IMG/VR virus record: IMGVR_UViG_3300047457_000500
Location: 32,001 to 96,000 of that record
Direction: 5' to 3' (one strand)
DNA from: a virus
Length of the DNA: 64,000 bases
The number at the start of each line of letters is the position of its first letter. Within the stretch, counting starts at the first letter, position 1. This document shows positions 10,464 to 21,397 of this stretch, piece by piece. The notes under the pieces are model-generated. The model did not search any database. It saw only the letters and a list, made by a program, of their open reading frames with translations, and was not told the DNA's origin. The position numbers were made by a program, and so were the translations under genes.

Positions 10464-11603
10464 TTATGCATCTGCAGCAGCATCTGCCCACGCAATTGCG
10501 TCTTCTTCTTCCCATTGAATACCGAAGCGGACGAATACAGTGTATTCAATTGTGTCCTTCTTCGCAACGTATTCACGGTTTACGACGATATCACGCTGGA
10601 AGCCCCATACACGGTTCTGTGGGAACGTCAGATCAATATAATTGTCTGGGTAGTAAGGAACTTCTTGAACATCGATACCTAGAACACGAGTTGTACGTGC
10701 TCCACCGAATGTCTGGCCAGCACCGTCTAAATAAGACTGAGTGTTAGCGCTTGTGTTACCATTCTTTCCAAGTGCCTCTGCGATTGCATCAGACAATGTA
10801 CCGTTATTCTTAACGATACCTGCGAATGCATCTGTACCTACATAGAACTTAAGGTTATTCTTAAGTGCACGGTACTTACGTGGCATAGCGAGAATGATAT
10901 CCTGCATTACTGCAGGTGTCCAAGCATTGTCAGCAACTGTTACGGCTGCTTCATGCGAGTCTCCATTATCCTGGTGCTTCTTGATGAAACCAGGCATAAT
11001 AGATAGGAATGGTCCTGTTGTACCATCACCGTTGATAGCAAGATCTTCAATGTCATTAGCGAATGCATTTGTCATCAAGCGAACTAAATGATCTTCTAAT
11101 GCACCACCCTCGACATTGTCTTCTAGTGCTTCAGCAGAAACTTCCCAATCCAAACGGATCTTCTTTGTGGTAAGTTCTACCTTTGAGAAGGTTGCACCAG
11201 TGTTCTTGTAATCGCCAACTGCTTGAGCAGCAGCACGAATAACACGCTCACCGACGTTGATCTTCTCTAATTCCATGGTGTTTGCTCTCATCGTCACACG
11301 ACGACCATCTTTAGCGAGAACTGTAGCATCCCAAACGTAGTCAATAAAACGACGTGCCTGTTCAGGGCGTAGGATTCCGCTTGCAGCATCACCCGAAGGG
11401 TTTACGGCATTAGGACCAGTGGTAACACCAAGGTTGACGTTAGGAATATTTCCTAGTGCGCCACCATCTGTGTAATTGCCAGGGATGTTTGACCCTGCGT
11501 CAGAACCTGATGCGAATGCACCCTGTCCTTGATATAAACCTGGTGTTGTTCCACCGAGTTCGCCTGATTCTCCTGGCTGATTTTTCTTAATCTCTTCCGA
11601 CAT
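10464..11603 (-). CDS. Major capsid protein (HK97 fold)
   Basis: 379 aa; GILRPEQARRFID, VELTTKKIRLDWEVSAEALEDN and EDLAINGDG are typical HK97-type capsid segments; SD AGGAGGTG. Confidence 0.9.
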   Translation of the reverse strand: MSEEIKKNQPGESGELGGTTPGLYQGQGAFASGSDAGSNIPGNYTDGGALGNIPNVNLGVTTGPNAVNPSGDAASGILRPEQARRFIDYVWDATVLAKDGRRVTMRANTMELEKINVGERVIRAAAQAVGDYKNTGATFSKVELTTKKIRLDWEVSAEALEDNVEGGALEDHLVRLMTNAFANDIEDLAINGDGTTGPFLSIMPGFIKKHQDNGDSHEAAVTVADNAWTPAVMQDIILAMPRKYRALKNNLKFYVGTDAFAGIVKNNGTLSDAIAEALGKNGNTSANTQSYLDGAGQTFGGARTTRVLGIDVQEVPYYPDNYIDLTFPQNRVWGFQRDIVVNREYVAKKDTIEYTVFVRFGIQWEEEDAIAWADAAADA

Positions 11604-11626
11604 ATTGTCACCTCCTAAGTGATTAC

Positions 11627-12958
11627 TTAATTAAATAAGTCGGCTGTTTTGAGGAAACGTCCGCCCCATAGGGATTTTTCAACCATTACTGGTTGTTCCT
11701 GTACGATCTCGCCTAGATCGCCAGACTTTCGGAAAGCGGTATCTGCTTCTACTGCGTCAACACGCTTACCAAACTTATCTACATGTTCAATTGTTGCAGC
11801 AATGTCTTTGGCGACTGCATCAAGTGAACTCTTTACTGCTGCTGTATCAACCTTTGTAGACTTAAGCATTTCTACTTCTGCCTGCAAAGACTTTACAGTT
11901 TCAACTAAATCGCTAAAGGCTGATGTAATTGTATTCTTGATTTCAGCAACTGATTCAACAATTGCTTCATCTGATTTAGATACTTCTGTAGTGACTTCTG
12001 CTGCTGGTGCTTCGACTGATTCATCAGCCTTAGCAACTTCTTCTGCTGGAGTCTCTTCAGACTTCTCAACAGTTTCTTCCGCCACTGTAGCCTCTTCAGA
12101 CTTTTCAGTAACTTCGGCAACAGGAGTTTCAACTACTGCATCTGCCTCTGGAGCGATTTCTTCTGACTTAGCAACTTCGGTTTCTTCAACCTTTGTCTTT
12201 TTTGCCATAGGATTATCCTCCTTCTTAATCTTAGCATCAATGCCTTTAGCACTATCTACTAAGAATTTGACTATATCCATTTTTTCGTTGTCTTCTTTTT
12301 CAACGAAACCTATATTCTTCATTTGATTTCCTGTTGTAGGGCTTACTGCAGTTTCTTCTTCTGAAACCATAACTAATCCAGATTCTTCATCATAAAAAAC
12401 ATTTTCTAATGCAACATCCTGTCCTTTAACAACTTCAATGCCGTCAACTTTTTCTACGTGCATAATATTTGCAAACTGATTTGCTGGAGAGTCTACAAGA
12501 GACAACTCTACAAGATCATAATCTTTAATAATTCTAATTGTGGAGTCTGACTTCTCATCATAACCGTCATCCCACTTATTCATACGACCACCAATAGAAA
12601 ATCCTGTCAGTGTGCCATCTAAAACTTTTTCCCAAGTATCTTGTGCACCCTTTGAAACGTATGCTGATACAAAAACTCCAGAATAAAACTTTTTAGTTTC
12701 TGGATCAAAATATCTGTCTTCTTTAAAGTTAACCATTTTACCAACAGCAAGTGGCTGATGCATTTCACGAATATTTCCACGAAACTTAGAGAATGCTTTC
12801 ATTGATGCTTCTGCTGTTACGATGTCGCCCTGCTTGTCAATGTTATCAAGAGATGCAAAACCTGAGACGATACGTCTCTCCTTATCAACCTTCGCAAATG
12901 GAAGGGAAAGTCTTACTGAGTCGCCAGAGGTGTCCCAATGGGCTTTTGATATAGTCAT
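11627..12958 (-). CDS. Prohead serine protease (XkdF/HK97-type) fused to acidic scaffold-like C-terminus
   Basis: IVSGFAS..D.QGD, IREMH, TGFSIGG and ELSLVDSPAN motifs; Glu/Ala-rich coiled tail. Start set at ATG 12958 (MTISKAHW) behind a TATAAT. Confidence 0.85.
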   Translation of the reverse strand: MTISKAHWDTSGDSVRLSLPFAKVDKERRIVSGFASLDNIDKQGDIVTAEASMKAFSKFRGNIREMHQPLAVGKMVNFKEDRYFDPETKKFYSGVFVSAYVSKGAQDTWEKVLDGTLTGFSIGGRMNKWDDGYDEKSDSTIRIIKDYDLVELSLVDSPANQFANIMHVEKVDGIEVVKGQDVALENVFYDEESGLVMVSEEETAVSPTTGNQMKNIGFVEKEDNEKMDIVKFLVDSAKGIDAKIKKEDNPMAKKTKVEETEVAKSEEIAPEADAVVETPVAEVTEKSEEATVAEETVEKSEETPAEEVAKADESVEAPAAEVTTEVSKSDEAIVESVAEIKNTITSAFSDLVETVKSLQAEVEMLKSTKVDTAAVKSSLDAVAKDIAATIEHVDKFGKRVDAVEADTAFRKSGDLGEIVQEQPVMVEKSLWGGRFLKTADLFN

Positions 12959-13003
12959 ACTAGTATATATTATAGAGCCTTTTTTACACAAATGTTAATA
13001 AGA

Positions 13004-13023
13004 TGTGAATAACTTGTGGATAA
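13004..13023. promoter_or_regulatory. Tandem DnaA-box-like sites
   Basis: TGTGAATAA (13004-12) and TGTGGATAA (13015-23), reverse complement TTAT(T/C)CACA, intergenic between portal and protease. Confidence 0.5.
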
Positions 13024-14610
13024 TTACTGACTTGATCTACCCTCACCTTTTGGATTCCTTCCACTTATTGTGGCTGGACCATCTGATTGATTATTTACTC
13101 TTTCTCCGTCCCTTGCTCTTTCTGCATTATCCATTGGCTTAGGCTGGAATGGCTCGTCTCCCCCCTCTCTTTGTGGAAGACCTAAAACAGATCTTGCTTC
13201 ATTTGGTAGCATGACCTGGGTTTTAACATATCTTTCCAAAATTTGAGATTGGGCTATTTCATCTGTCAATGTTAATTCTTTGAACTTTAAAACAAGAACA
13301 TCTGTCTTTTCTTTAACAATTTTATTAATAACTTTTTCTAATTCTCTCTGGGCTGGTCTTGCTACTTGTTCCTTAAATGTTCTGTCTTGTGCTAATGCTG
13401 CTGCAATTGCGCCTGAGTCTCCTCCGCCAATTTTAGAAAGAGGAACTTGGTGTGCAATTAAAATATCATCACGATTTTGCTTTCTATATTTTTCAAAAGA
13501 TCCTTCTTGAACGCCATTCTCAATTGGCTCCATGTTAAACTCAACCTTATTGGTATCTGTGTCTCCAGGCAGTGGAATGTATAGAGTTCTATGTGACTGA
13601 CCCTTTAGGCTTGTCTGCAAAAACCTAAACATCTTATCTTCAGCATCTGCAGAAAGACGTGCACCCTTTAGTGTCACAACATAACGAGGGACAGCCTTAT
13701 TGCTAAAGTAGTCGATGTTATATTGTGACGCTAACTGGTCTCCATGGAGCGAGTTTATTGCCGACATTATATCTGGTACACCATAAAAAGTATTTAAAGG
13801 CGAATACTGTTTAAAGTGTATTATTTCATTTGGCCTAGTATCTGAGGTTACAGGATTCGGATTTCTAGCACCAAAATTTCTAAAATAAACAACCTTATTA
13901 CCTATAATTTGCAAATAACCATCTTTGAGTCTTCTAACACGAATTGTAGTTGCTGGAATGTGTCCAATGTATCCTATTTCACCACGTGTTGTTCTTCCAA
14001 TTTCTAAATAACCATTACCGATTGCCTGTACATCTGTATATACTTTTGTCATTGTAGTTGTAAATGAATCATCGTCGTTAAGTGATTCAATCCACTCGTG
14101 TAACTCTATCTTTGCTCTTTCAATTCTATTACGTGCTCTTTCAACTTGACCTTTATCTTTATTTGATTCAAGCCTTAACATTGTGCTTGGAGAAACTTCA
14201 AAGTCATACCCTAAGCCAACTATGTTTTCTACTTTTGCGTCAATTGCTGCATGGTTGGCAAATGATGTGTCATAGTAATTTGCTAATTCGTATACATTCC
14301 ATGGTGGAGTAATAACATCAAATAAACCGTATCCATTTCTATATACTGTACCAGGATTAATTTCTTTTGACTTTGCATCTCCCAAACCATGTTGTTCTGC
14401 TCTTGCACTATCTATGTATGCTTGGCTAGGATCATTAGCAGACTTTTCAATTGAACGAGAAATCCTTCTTTTAAAATTATTGTCTATGCCAGAATAAGAC
14501 TTTAATTCTGTCCATGTTTTATTAAATGGATCTGCTCCCTTAAATAAGTCAGTATTGTCTACTATATTGTCAATACTTGCTTTAAGGATATATTCTTTTT
14601 CTTCTGACAT
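13024..14610 (-). CDS. Portal protein
   Basis: 528 aa; GNGYLEIGR, HIPATTIRV, EIIHFK, FYGVPDI, YFSNKAVP and NEAR..LGLP are HK97/PBSX portal motifs. Confidence 0.9.
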   Translation of the reverse strand: MSEEKEYILKASIDNIVDNTDLFKGADPFNKTWTELKSYSGIDNNFKRRISRSIEKSANDPSQAYIDSARAEQHGLGDAKSKEINPGTVYRNGYGLFDVITPPWNVYELANYYDTSFANHAAIDAKVENIVGLGYDFEVSPSTMLRLESNKDKGQVERARNRIERAKIELHEWIESLNDDDSFTTTMTKVYTDVQAIGNGYLEIGRTTRGEIGYIGHIPATTIRVRRLKDGYLQIIGNKVVYFRNFGARNPNPVTSDTRPNEIIHFKQYSPLNTFYGVPDIMSAINSLHGDQLASQYNIDYFSNKAVPRYVVTLKGARLSADAEDKMFRFLQTSLKGQSHRTLYIPLPGDTDTNKVEFNMEPIENGVQEGSFEKYRKQNRDDILIAHQVPLSKIGGGDSGAIAAALAQDRTFKEQVARPAQRELEKVINKIVKEKTDVLVLKFKELTLTDEIAQSQILERYVKTQVMLPNEARSVLGLPQREGGDEPFQPKPMDNAERARDGERVNNQSDGPATISGRNPKGEGRSSQ

Positions 14611-15014
14611 TATTCTTCGTCTCCATACTTTGCAATAGTATCTTTTGCTGCCTGAACAGCACCTAAGTCATTAAGGTTAGGAATTAGGCCAGCCTTCATT
14701 CTGTCTACCTGCTCAGAATATTGCTCATCTGTTACCCTTCCCATACCTGCAAAGAAATATGGCTCGCCGTCTGGCTCTCCATAATGTGCTGCTGCCTGTC
14801 TTAATTCTGCGATTCTTGCAAGATCACCTTTCATAGATGGAATATTTAATATGTTGCCATTACCATCTGTAAACCACTTACCATTAGCCTTCTTCCAAAC
14901 ATAAATGCCCCAGTCATATTTTTTATCTATTACTGTTACTTTAGTTTCGCCTATTTGACCAGGCATTCTGGGCTTTCCTTTTTTGTCAAAAAGTGGTTGA
15001 TCCTTGTGTTTCAT
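14610..15014 (-). CDS. Hypothetical protein
   Basis: ORF; ATG 15014 lies 7 nt after TGGTATACT (leaderless). Confidence 0.6.
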   Translation of the reverse strand: MKHKDQPLFDKKGKPRMPGQIGETKVTVIDKKYDWGIYVWKKANGKWFTDGNGNILNIPSMKGDLARIAELRQAAAHYGEPDGEPYFFAGMGRVTDEQYSEQVDRMKAGLIPNLNDLGAVQAAKDTIAKYGDEE

Positions 15015-15032
15015 ATCCACAAGTATACCATA

Positions 15033-18000
15033 TCATACTGCACTTGATATCTGTGACTGCCATGATATATCCTTAAATACCGAATACTCGTACCCCTGAA
15101 TACCAAAAACAGAGTCATCCTCTACTATAATTTTATTTGTACCAGTATAGGACTTGTACAAGTCTGCTGGATCTACTCCATAATAACTGCTTGAAGACTG
15201 TATTAGGACACCTTCCCACATATAAAAATCATTCCAATATTCCCACTCAAAAAATCCGTCTGCAGAGAACTTAACCCTAGCCCAAGGCCTATTGGTAACA
15301 CTCTTTACCTCTTGTAAGTTAGTTGTTTGATAATATGATAAAGCATTAAATATAATTGGTCCGTTGATCATAATAGACCCTGTATAGGATTTAAAATTAA
15401 GAATATCTGAAAACCCTATCCCCAACAAAGCCCATTCATTTATATTTATTACTGGCTCTTTTACAATTTTTCCATTTAGATAAAATGATATGGCGTTATA
15501 AAGTTTTCCAGTATTACCGTCTAAAGCATAAATCTTTGCCCGTTTCCCAGATGGGTGATTTGCAACCATGTACAACTTAATAATTTTATTTTTTGCATTT
15601 ATTTGCATTATTTGTGTTGGCACATATGGGAAAAAGTCAGAATTAAATCTAATCAAACTTTGCATAGCCATAATTTCGTATGTCTGTATTTTAGAAGGAT
15701 TTATAGATATAGCAACTCCACGATTAATTAGTGGATCATAATCTCCCCTTATTTCTAACCCAGAGTCTTTTGTTAAATATAAATATGGCGAGGAGCCTTT
15801 GTATATTGAAAAAGGATTTTGAGTTTTATAGTCAAAATAATATCCTGTAGACTTATATGGATAAACCGATGTTCCAAATCTCGTACCTATGCTATTTGCT
15901 CCATTATAATTAAATGCTTGTGACGCTAATTGTAAGTTTTTGATTTTTAATGGGCTGTACTTTATGCCGTCAATATTTACTTCTATGTGAAGCACTATTG
16001 CCAAATCATTAAAATCAACGTCTTGTGGTGGATATACAATAACATTATCTACAACCTCGTATTTTGTGTTTATCCAGTTGCTTCCTGGATTAATTACACC
16101 ATTCTTTGGAACATCTTCTTTTCTTATAAAAAACGATTCTGGTGAGTTAGCACCTTCCTCTAAATATTCAAAAGTTATATATGTTTTTACAAGTTCACTA
16201 GAAGTGTCATATGTATATTTTTTAATTGATCTTTGCTGTAAGTCTTCATAGTTTAAGTATCCAGTAAATAAGAAATTATCTAAAGAACTATAAGACCTTT
16301 GCTGTGGAAAAGAATATTCTGAAGACAATTCTGAATATGGCCATCCATCTGGGTCTACCGTTTCTGTTTCTTTAAACTTTATAGATGCTGGATAATTAAT
16401 ATTAAACTGGATAAAGTCTAATTCAAATATCTGATTTCCATATTCATCTAAAACATTTTGACCAAAGTATGATAATGGAACGTAGTCTTTCCATGAACCA
16501 GACACTGTTGAATCTAAGTAAAATTTATTAAAGTATTTTTTAGGAACTATTCCCACACTCGGTATATGAGTTTTTAATAACCTTAAGTCTGGCAATAAAG
16601 GAGAATAACTATAATTTTCGTATTCTGGAACTACTGTGTCATATTGATCTTCCTCTAATGATGGGTTTGTTTCTCCTATGTAATCACTCCAGCCCAAATC
16701 ATTTTGGTTATATGAACCACCGTCTATGTCAACTCCTGGCTGATATAAATCAAATATATTTTCATAATCTATTGGAACTCCTATTTCGTTAAATAAGTTT
16801 CCTATATCAGATAAGTTCTTTTCCGAGCATATGCCTATTTTATATATCTTTCCAGTAAAAGTTTTTTCAAACTCTTTTGTTCCTCCAACATATAGTTTTA
16901 AGATTGATTGATTTGTAAAAAATGATATTACATTATCTCCAAAATAATTCTTAAACTTGTCTAACTCTAAACCTACAGCAAAAACAATATTAGCAGTTTC
17001 TCCTTCTTCGCCGTCATCTAAATTTGTTGCAGATAGTGCACTTACACGAGAACACTCGTATATGTTTTTTACAACATCATTGTATTTTAATATATACTTA
17101 ATTTTATCATTAACACATTCTATTGAAAAATAATTTGAGTTATTATCTTCTATTCTCATTAATACTTCGGTGCCAGAAAAAGAAGGTGGCACTTCAAACA
17201 AACCATATAATGCTTTTGTTATTTGATTATAAAGAGAAAAATTATCAAAGTATATATATGAGTTTACTGAGTCCCAAGAACTATTAGGTTTTAAAGAAAG
17301 AAACAGTGGGTTGGCAGACAGATTTTGATCTTCTAGCATTTCTTTTTCTTTATTTGCAGAACTGTCTGTAAGTATTTGAGGAGTAAATATACTTGGTACA
17401 GTTAAGACATTATCTTCTACTATTAGGTTATCTATAGATGCCTGACTCCAAGAACCTAGGTCTGGGTAGTTATAATTTTTTGTGTAATCGGCAAAAGAAT
17501 AATCAAAAAATACTGACTCTCCTCCGTAAATTGAATTTAAGTTTTGGGGATACTGAACTCCTTGACCAAATACAAATCTTCTTTTTGCAACAATAGATGG
17601 AACTATATATGGATATAAAGCAATACAATCTATCTCAATTGGCTCAATTTTTTCATATGCATAAAAGCCTATCCAGTTTTGATCTTTTCCGTTTGAATTA
17701 AAGTGATATGGTAAAGATATTGTGTCACTTTCTATAGGTATAACAATAATCTCTTCACCATTTAAAAGTAAAGACACCTGATTGTTTGTATATCTAAGAT
17801 GTATCAGCATTGGTCTTTCCCATTTTCCTACATAATAAGATCCATACTTGTCATCTATCTTTAATAATAAAAACGAACCATCTAAATATATGCCGTCTTC
17901 AGAGGCTATTGGACCTATTATTCTTTTTTGTTCTGTAGATGCATTATTAGTTCTTAGCCAAAATTCTAAAGTATAATCTTGATGCTTTCCAGAGTCAGAC

Positions 18001-18830
18001 AACATGCCTAAAGATGGAACTATTAATGAAGGGCTTTCATCATTATGATATAACTTAGTAATGTTTTGTGAACCAAAAACCATTGGAACTCCAAAATTTT
18101 TTGCAACTAAGGCATTGTCTTTAGAAAAGTAATAGCCTGAATTTTCTGAAAGTCCGTATGAGTCTGCCAAAACAACCTTAGAAGATGGCAGTGCAATGCC
18201 AGAAGGCAAATCAAATGTAGATACACCCAAAGAATGTGAATGAAATTCTTCTGACCACTGGCCTAACGTTAGTCCATTTGCGTAAACTAAATAGTCATCT
18301 TGATCATTAGTTGCAAATAAAAAATTAAACTTAATTATAATTTTTATTTCAGAATTATCAAAATCTGGACTAAATGTTTCTGACAAAAACATCCATCTTT
18401 CTTTAATTGAAATATCGTATGGTTTTAAAACATCCACATAAGAACTTAAAACTGAATCGTAGTATCTGTACCCTAACTCTATTCCGAGGATATATGGGCT
18501 TTCTGTATAAAAATATGACCCTATGGAAAATGTTTGCAAGGTTTTATTTATATCGTCAACATTTATTATATCTGGACTTACCAGCGTTACGGAAAACGTG
18601 TCTCCAGTCAAACTTGTTGGAACTATTCTGTTAACTATGCTTTCTGGAAATGGTAAATCTGAAAAACTTGTAACTGAAGATGATGTTCCATTGTCTATTG
18701 CCCAACCAGACATATCTCTAGTTGATTCATTAATAATAGAGACGTAGTCTAGTTTATCGTCTAAAGCCCATAGGCTTTGAGGATGTTCAGAAAATATTTT
18801 TTCAGCATATAAGTTTGATGGACTAGACAT
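15033..18830 (-). CDS. Large virion structural protein (LamG/concanavalin-like segment; baseplate/tail-associated)
   Basis: 1265 aa; SEHPQSLWALDD N-terminus and YTLEFWLR...LLLNGEE resemble LamG-type domains. Confidence 0.55.
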   Translation of the reverse strand: MSSPSNLYAEKIFSEHPQSLWALDDKLDYVSIINESTRDMSGWAIDNGTSSSVTSFSDLPFPESIVNRIVPTSLTGDTFSVTLVSPDIINVDDINKTLQTFSIGSYFYTESPYILGIELGYRYYDSVLSSYVDVLKPYDISIKERWMFLSETFSPDFDNSEIKIIIKFNFLFATNDQDDYLVYANGLTLGQWSEEFHSHSLGVSTFDLPSGIALPSSKVVLADSYGLSENSGYYFSKDNALVAKNFGVPMVFGSQNITKLYHNDESPSLIVPSLGMLSDSGKHQDYTLEFWLRTNNASTEQKRIIGPIASEDGIYLDGSFLLLKIDDKYGSYYVGKWERPMLIHLRYTNNQVSLLLNGEEIIVIPIESDTISLPYHFNSNGKDQNWIGFYAYEKIEPIEIDCIALYPYIVPSIVAKRRFVFGQGVQYPQNLNSIYGGESVFFDYSFADYTKNYNYPDLGSWSQASIDNLIVEDNVLTVPSIFTPQILTDSSANKEKEMLEDQNLSANPLFLSLKPNSSWDSVNSYIYFDNFSLYNQITKALYGLFEVPPSFSGTEVLMRIEDNNSNYFSIECVNDKIKYILKYNDVVKNIYECSRVSALSATNLDDGEEGETANIVFAVGLELDKFKNYFGDNVISFFTNQSILKLYVGGTKEFEKTFTGKIYKIGICSEKNLSDIGNLFNEIGVPIDYENIFDLYQPGVDIDGGSYNQNDLGWSDYIGETNPSLEEDQYDTVVPEYENYSYSPLLPDLRLLKTHIPSVGIVPKKYFNKFYLDSTVSGSWKDYVPLSYFGQNVLDEYGNQIFELDFIQFNINYPASIKFKETETVDPDGWPYSELSSEYSFPQQRSYSSLDNFLFTGYLNYEDLQQRSIKKYTYDTSSELVKTYITFEYLEEGANSPESFFIRKEDVPKNGVINPGSNWINTKYEVVDNVIVYPPQDVDFNDLAIVLHIEVNIDGIKYSPLKIKNLQLASQAFNYNGANSIGTRFGTSVYPYKSTGYYFDYKTQNPFSIYKGSSPYLYLTKDSGLEIRGDYDPLINRGVAISINPSKIQTYEIMAMQSLIRFNSDFFPYVPTQIMQINAKNKIIKLYMVANHPSGKRAKIYALDGNTGKLYNAISFYLNGKIVKEPVININEWALLGIGFSDILNFKSYTGSIMINGPIIFNALSYYQTTNLQEVKSVTNRPWARVKFSADGFFEWEYWNDFYMWEGVLIQSSSSYYGVDPADLYKSYTGTNKIIVEDDSVFGIQGYEYSVFKDISWQSQISSAV

Positions 18831-18845
18831 TATGGGTCTATTTTA

Positions 18846-19367
18846 TCATACGATGCGTGTGAACCACCTAGGAGTTGTATATCTTGTCCCCGATTCAATT
18901 GTTTTAACGCCATGAACATAGTCTGGGTTGTCTGGGAAACAAAGAAGATCTCCTGGCTTTGGCTTATAGGATATATCATACTTTGGAAAATATATGTCTC
19001 CGCCAGTATAGTCATCGTTTAAATAAACTAGAGTTGCTATATCGTTTGGTCTATTTGAGTCAAAATGCTCATGCATACCCTTGCCAGCAATAAACTTTGC
19101 TATATGTGTTTTTTCATGAAGAAAATCCTGAAACGGTCCCTCATAATTTTCTTTAACAAAATCATAAACTTTAAGAGCATACTCTTGCATTATGTCTAAT
19201 AGTTCTGAGTCTCTAGACTTTATCTCATTATATGTATGAACGGTAAACTCCTGCTCATTATTTCCATACTCTGGAAAATCATCAGAATACTTTTTTGCAT
19301 ACTCAGATATTCTTAAAGCAATATCTCTAGGCATAAATTCTTCTACATACTTAATTTTATCTATCAT
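18846..19367 (-). CDS. 2OG-Fe(II) oxygenase (prolyl 4-hydroxylase-like)
   Basis: HFD...LVYLNDDYTGGDIYF...PGDLLCFP...HGV...G.RY. Confidence 0.85.
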   Translation of the reverse strand: MIDKIKYVEEFMPRDIALRISEYAKKYSDDFPEYGNNEQEFTVHTYNEIKSRDSELLDIMQEYALKVYDFVKENYEGPFQDFLHEKTHIAKFIAGKGMHEHFDSNRPNDIATLVYLNDDYTGGDIYFPKYDISYKPKPGDLLCFPDNPDYVHGVKTIESGTRYTTPRWFTRIV

Positions 19368-21397
19368 GGTTTAACCTTTATCTCACAAGCATCAGTTGTA
19401 CAGTACATTTCTCCCTGTGCCTCCAAATTTTCTGCACCGTCGTAAATAGCAGACCAATCTATCTTTTTGATTTGGCCTATATAACTATTATACTCCTCTT
19501 CAGTAATTTCTGTATATGGTTGCTGTGGGTATACAGTATTTCCCATTGGCAAAAATGAAACGGCTTTTAATTGTCCCTCATACATATGAAGTGCTGGAGC
19601 AATATGCTTTGTTTCAGTTTCTTTGTTAAATGATAGAGTTACAGACACGCCGTTATCAGACCAATATTTCTGAGCAGTAGCAGCAAGCGCAATCTTCTCA
19701 AATAATGTTACATCCTTTTCAGATCTTGAGTGACCAGAGTGTACTGGGAAATATACGACAGTTGTATTCGCAGATACAAGGTCAGCCTCCATCTTATATC
19801 CAGCAGCCTTGAATAAGTGAATCATTGGGTCGGTATTCCCAAAACGAATTGCTCTTAAGAAATAGTTTCCACCAGGTGCCCAGTGAACTCCAGGGGTTGC
19901 GCCAGAAAGAATTGATACAGACCCTGATGGTTTAACAGTTGTGACCCTAATGGAATCACGAACGCATAACCACTCAGAATACTTGTGATCATATCTACGA
20001 ATAGTTTCATATCCTTCGTCCATCCATTCACGCACAACAGGCAAACCAAATTTGTCTGAGAATGAGGCAATTCCTGTAAGTGATGTACCAATACGACGAT
20101 TACGCTGCATAATACCGTTTGTCTGTTGCCAGTGTGTTGGTATCAGCGTTACCGTCTTTCCGTATAGGTAGGCAAACTTAAGGGTGCGGAGGAAGTCTTC
20201 CTTAGACTCATGACGATTTAAATGTACCTCAACCAAGGTGCACAGTTCGTATGATTCTAATGGCTGCTCTGCACAAGGATTAAATCCCATTACACGATAA
20301 TCCTTGCCATCCGCAGTATCCTTAAGTCTGCCATAGTTTCTGGCAACATCAAGCCAAATGAATCCTGGCTCTCCATTGCTTGCGATTAGGTCTACGTAGT
20401 CTTCGTACTTTGTACCTACCGTCGCAGAAATTGAATTGTTAGACATCCATGACCAACCTGGATTTTCTGGATCAAATGAATTTCTATCTGGGAAAACATC
20501 AGCATTCTTTAGGTTCATAAAGTCTTGATCTTTAGAATCCCCTAGGGCGAGTGTTGCAGACCTTCTAACATTTCCAGATACAACACATGTACCAATAAGA
20601 TTAACTATATCTACTATTGCTCTTGAGTCAAGTGTTTCTCCTGCTCTACCGCCTATTACAGCCCTTATCTGCTTATGCAACTGGATAAGTGGTGCTGGGC
20701 CACTCGCTGTGCCACCAAACCCCTTGATAGGTGCTCCCAAAGGCCTGATAAGGTCATAGTTAAAACCTTGTATATACATATTAGGCTTTAAGAATGAATT
20801 AATGAGTAATCTAACAGACTCCACCCATCCCTCTCTGGTATCTGGGATTTCATATACTTGTTCTGGTTCTGTAGGTGTATAAATAGGCAAATGCTTGTCT
20901 GCCCCAACTGTATCAAACCCTACACCAACACCCATCATTAATGCATCCATAACCCAGGCAAACAGAGTTCCTGGATCGTTTCTGTCTATGTCTTTAGTAG
21001 ATACCATGGCGCAATTTTGCAATGCTGCTGAGTTTTTCTTTTCCATTGTAAGTGCCGTGCCAAAAGACCATAAACCTCTTCCTGGCGGTGTCCATTTTAA
21101 TTCAAATAAACGCTGATAAGCCTCTTTTGCAGAAGATTGTGCCTTATAGTCATTCCATGGTAGTCTGTTTTCTTTTGCGTGATTCTTTTGTGCCGAATAC
21201 ATACCCTCGATTACACGACGACAAACCTCATACCATCTTTCTTTAGTTCCATCTTCTTTCATGCGGGAGTAGGTTCGTATAAACGTAATCTCTCCTAATG
21301 AGTTACCGCCTGCGTCTGTAAAACCGAATGGTGGTTCCTTTGTTTTATACTCATTTATGAAATCTTCTGACAAACGAAAACTAAAAAAATCTGACAC
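19364..21397 (-). CDS. nrdJ: Class II (adenosylcobalamin-dependent) ribonucleotide reductase
   Basis: PPGRGLW, ALQNC, GVGVGFD, GNVRRSA, NPCAEQPL, ELCTLVE, TTVKPSGSVS; C-terminal C..DAC; GTG start with SD AGGAG. Confidence 0.92.
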   Translation of the reverse strand: MSDFFSFRLSEDFINEYKTKEPPFGFTDAGGNSLGEITFIRTYSRMKEDGTKERWYEVCRRVIEGMYSAQKNHAKENRLPWNDYKAQSSAKEAYQRLFELKWTPPGRGLWSFGTALTMEKKNSAALQNCAMVSTKDIDRNDPGTLFAWVMDALMMGVGVGFDTVGADKHLPIYTPTEPEQVYEIPDTREGWVESVRLLINSFLKPNMYIQGFNYDLIRPLGAPIKGFGGTASGPAPLIQLHKQIRAVIGGRAGETLDSRAIVDIVNLIGTCVVSGNVRRSATLALGDSKDQDFMNLKNADVFPDRNSFDPENPGWSWMSNNSISATVGTKYEDYVDLIASNGEPGFIWLDVARNYGRLKDTADGKDYRVMGFNPCAEQPLESYELCTLVEVHLNRHESKEDFLRTLKFAYLYGKTVTLIPTHWQQTNGIMQRNRRIGTSLTGIASFSDKFGLPVVREWMDEGYETIRRYDHKYSEWLCVRDSIRVTTVKPSGSVSILSGATPGVHWAPGGNYFLRAIRFGNTDPMIHLFKAAGYKMEADLVSANTTVVYFPVHSGHSRSEKDVTLFEKIALAATAQKYWSDNGVSVTLSFNKETETKHIAPALHMYEGQLKAVSFLPMGNTVYPQQPYTEITEEEYNSYIGQIKKIDWSAIYDGAENLEAQGEMYCTTDACEIKVKP

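Noticed and set aside
19364-21397. Intein or intron in nrdJ
   Set aside because: Continuous 677-aa ORF of normal length with no splicing motifs
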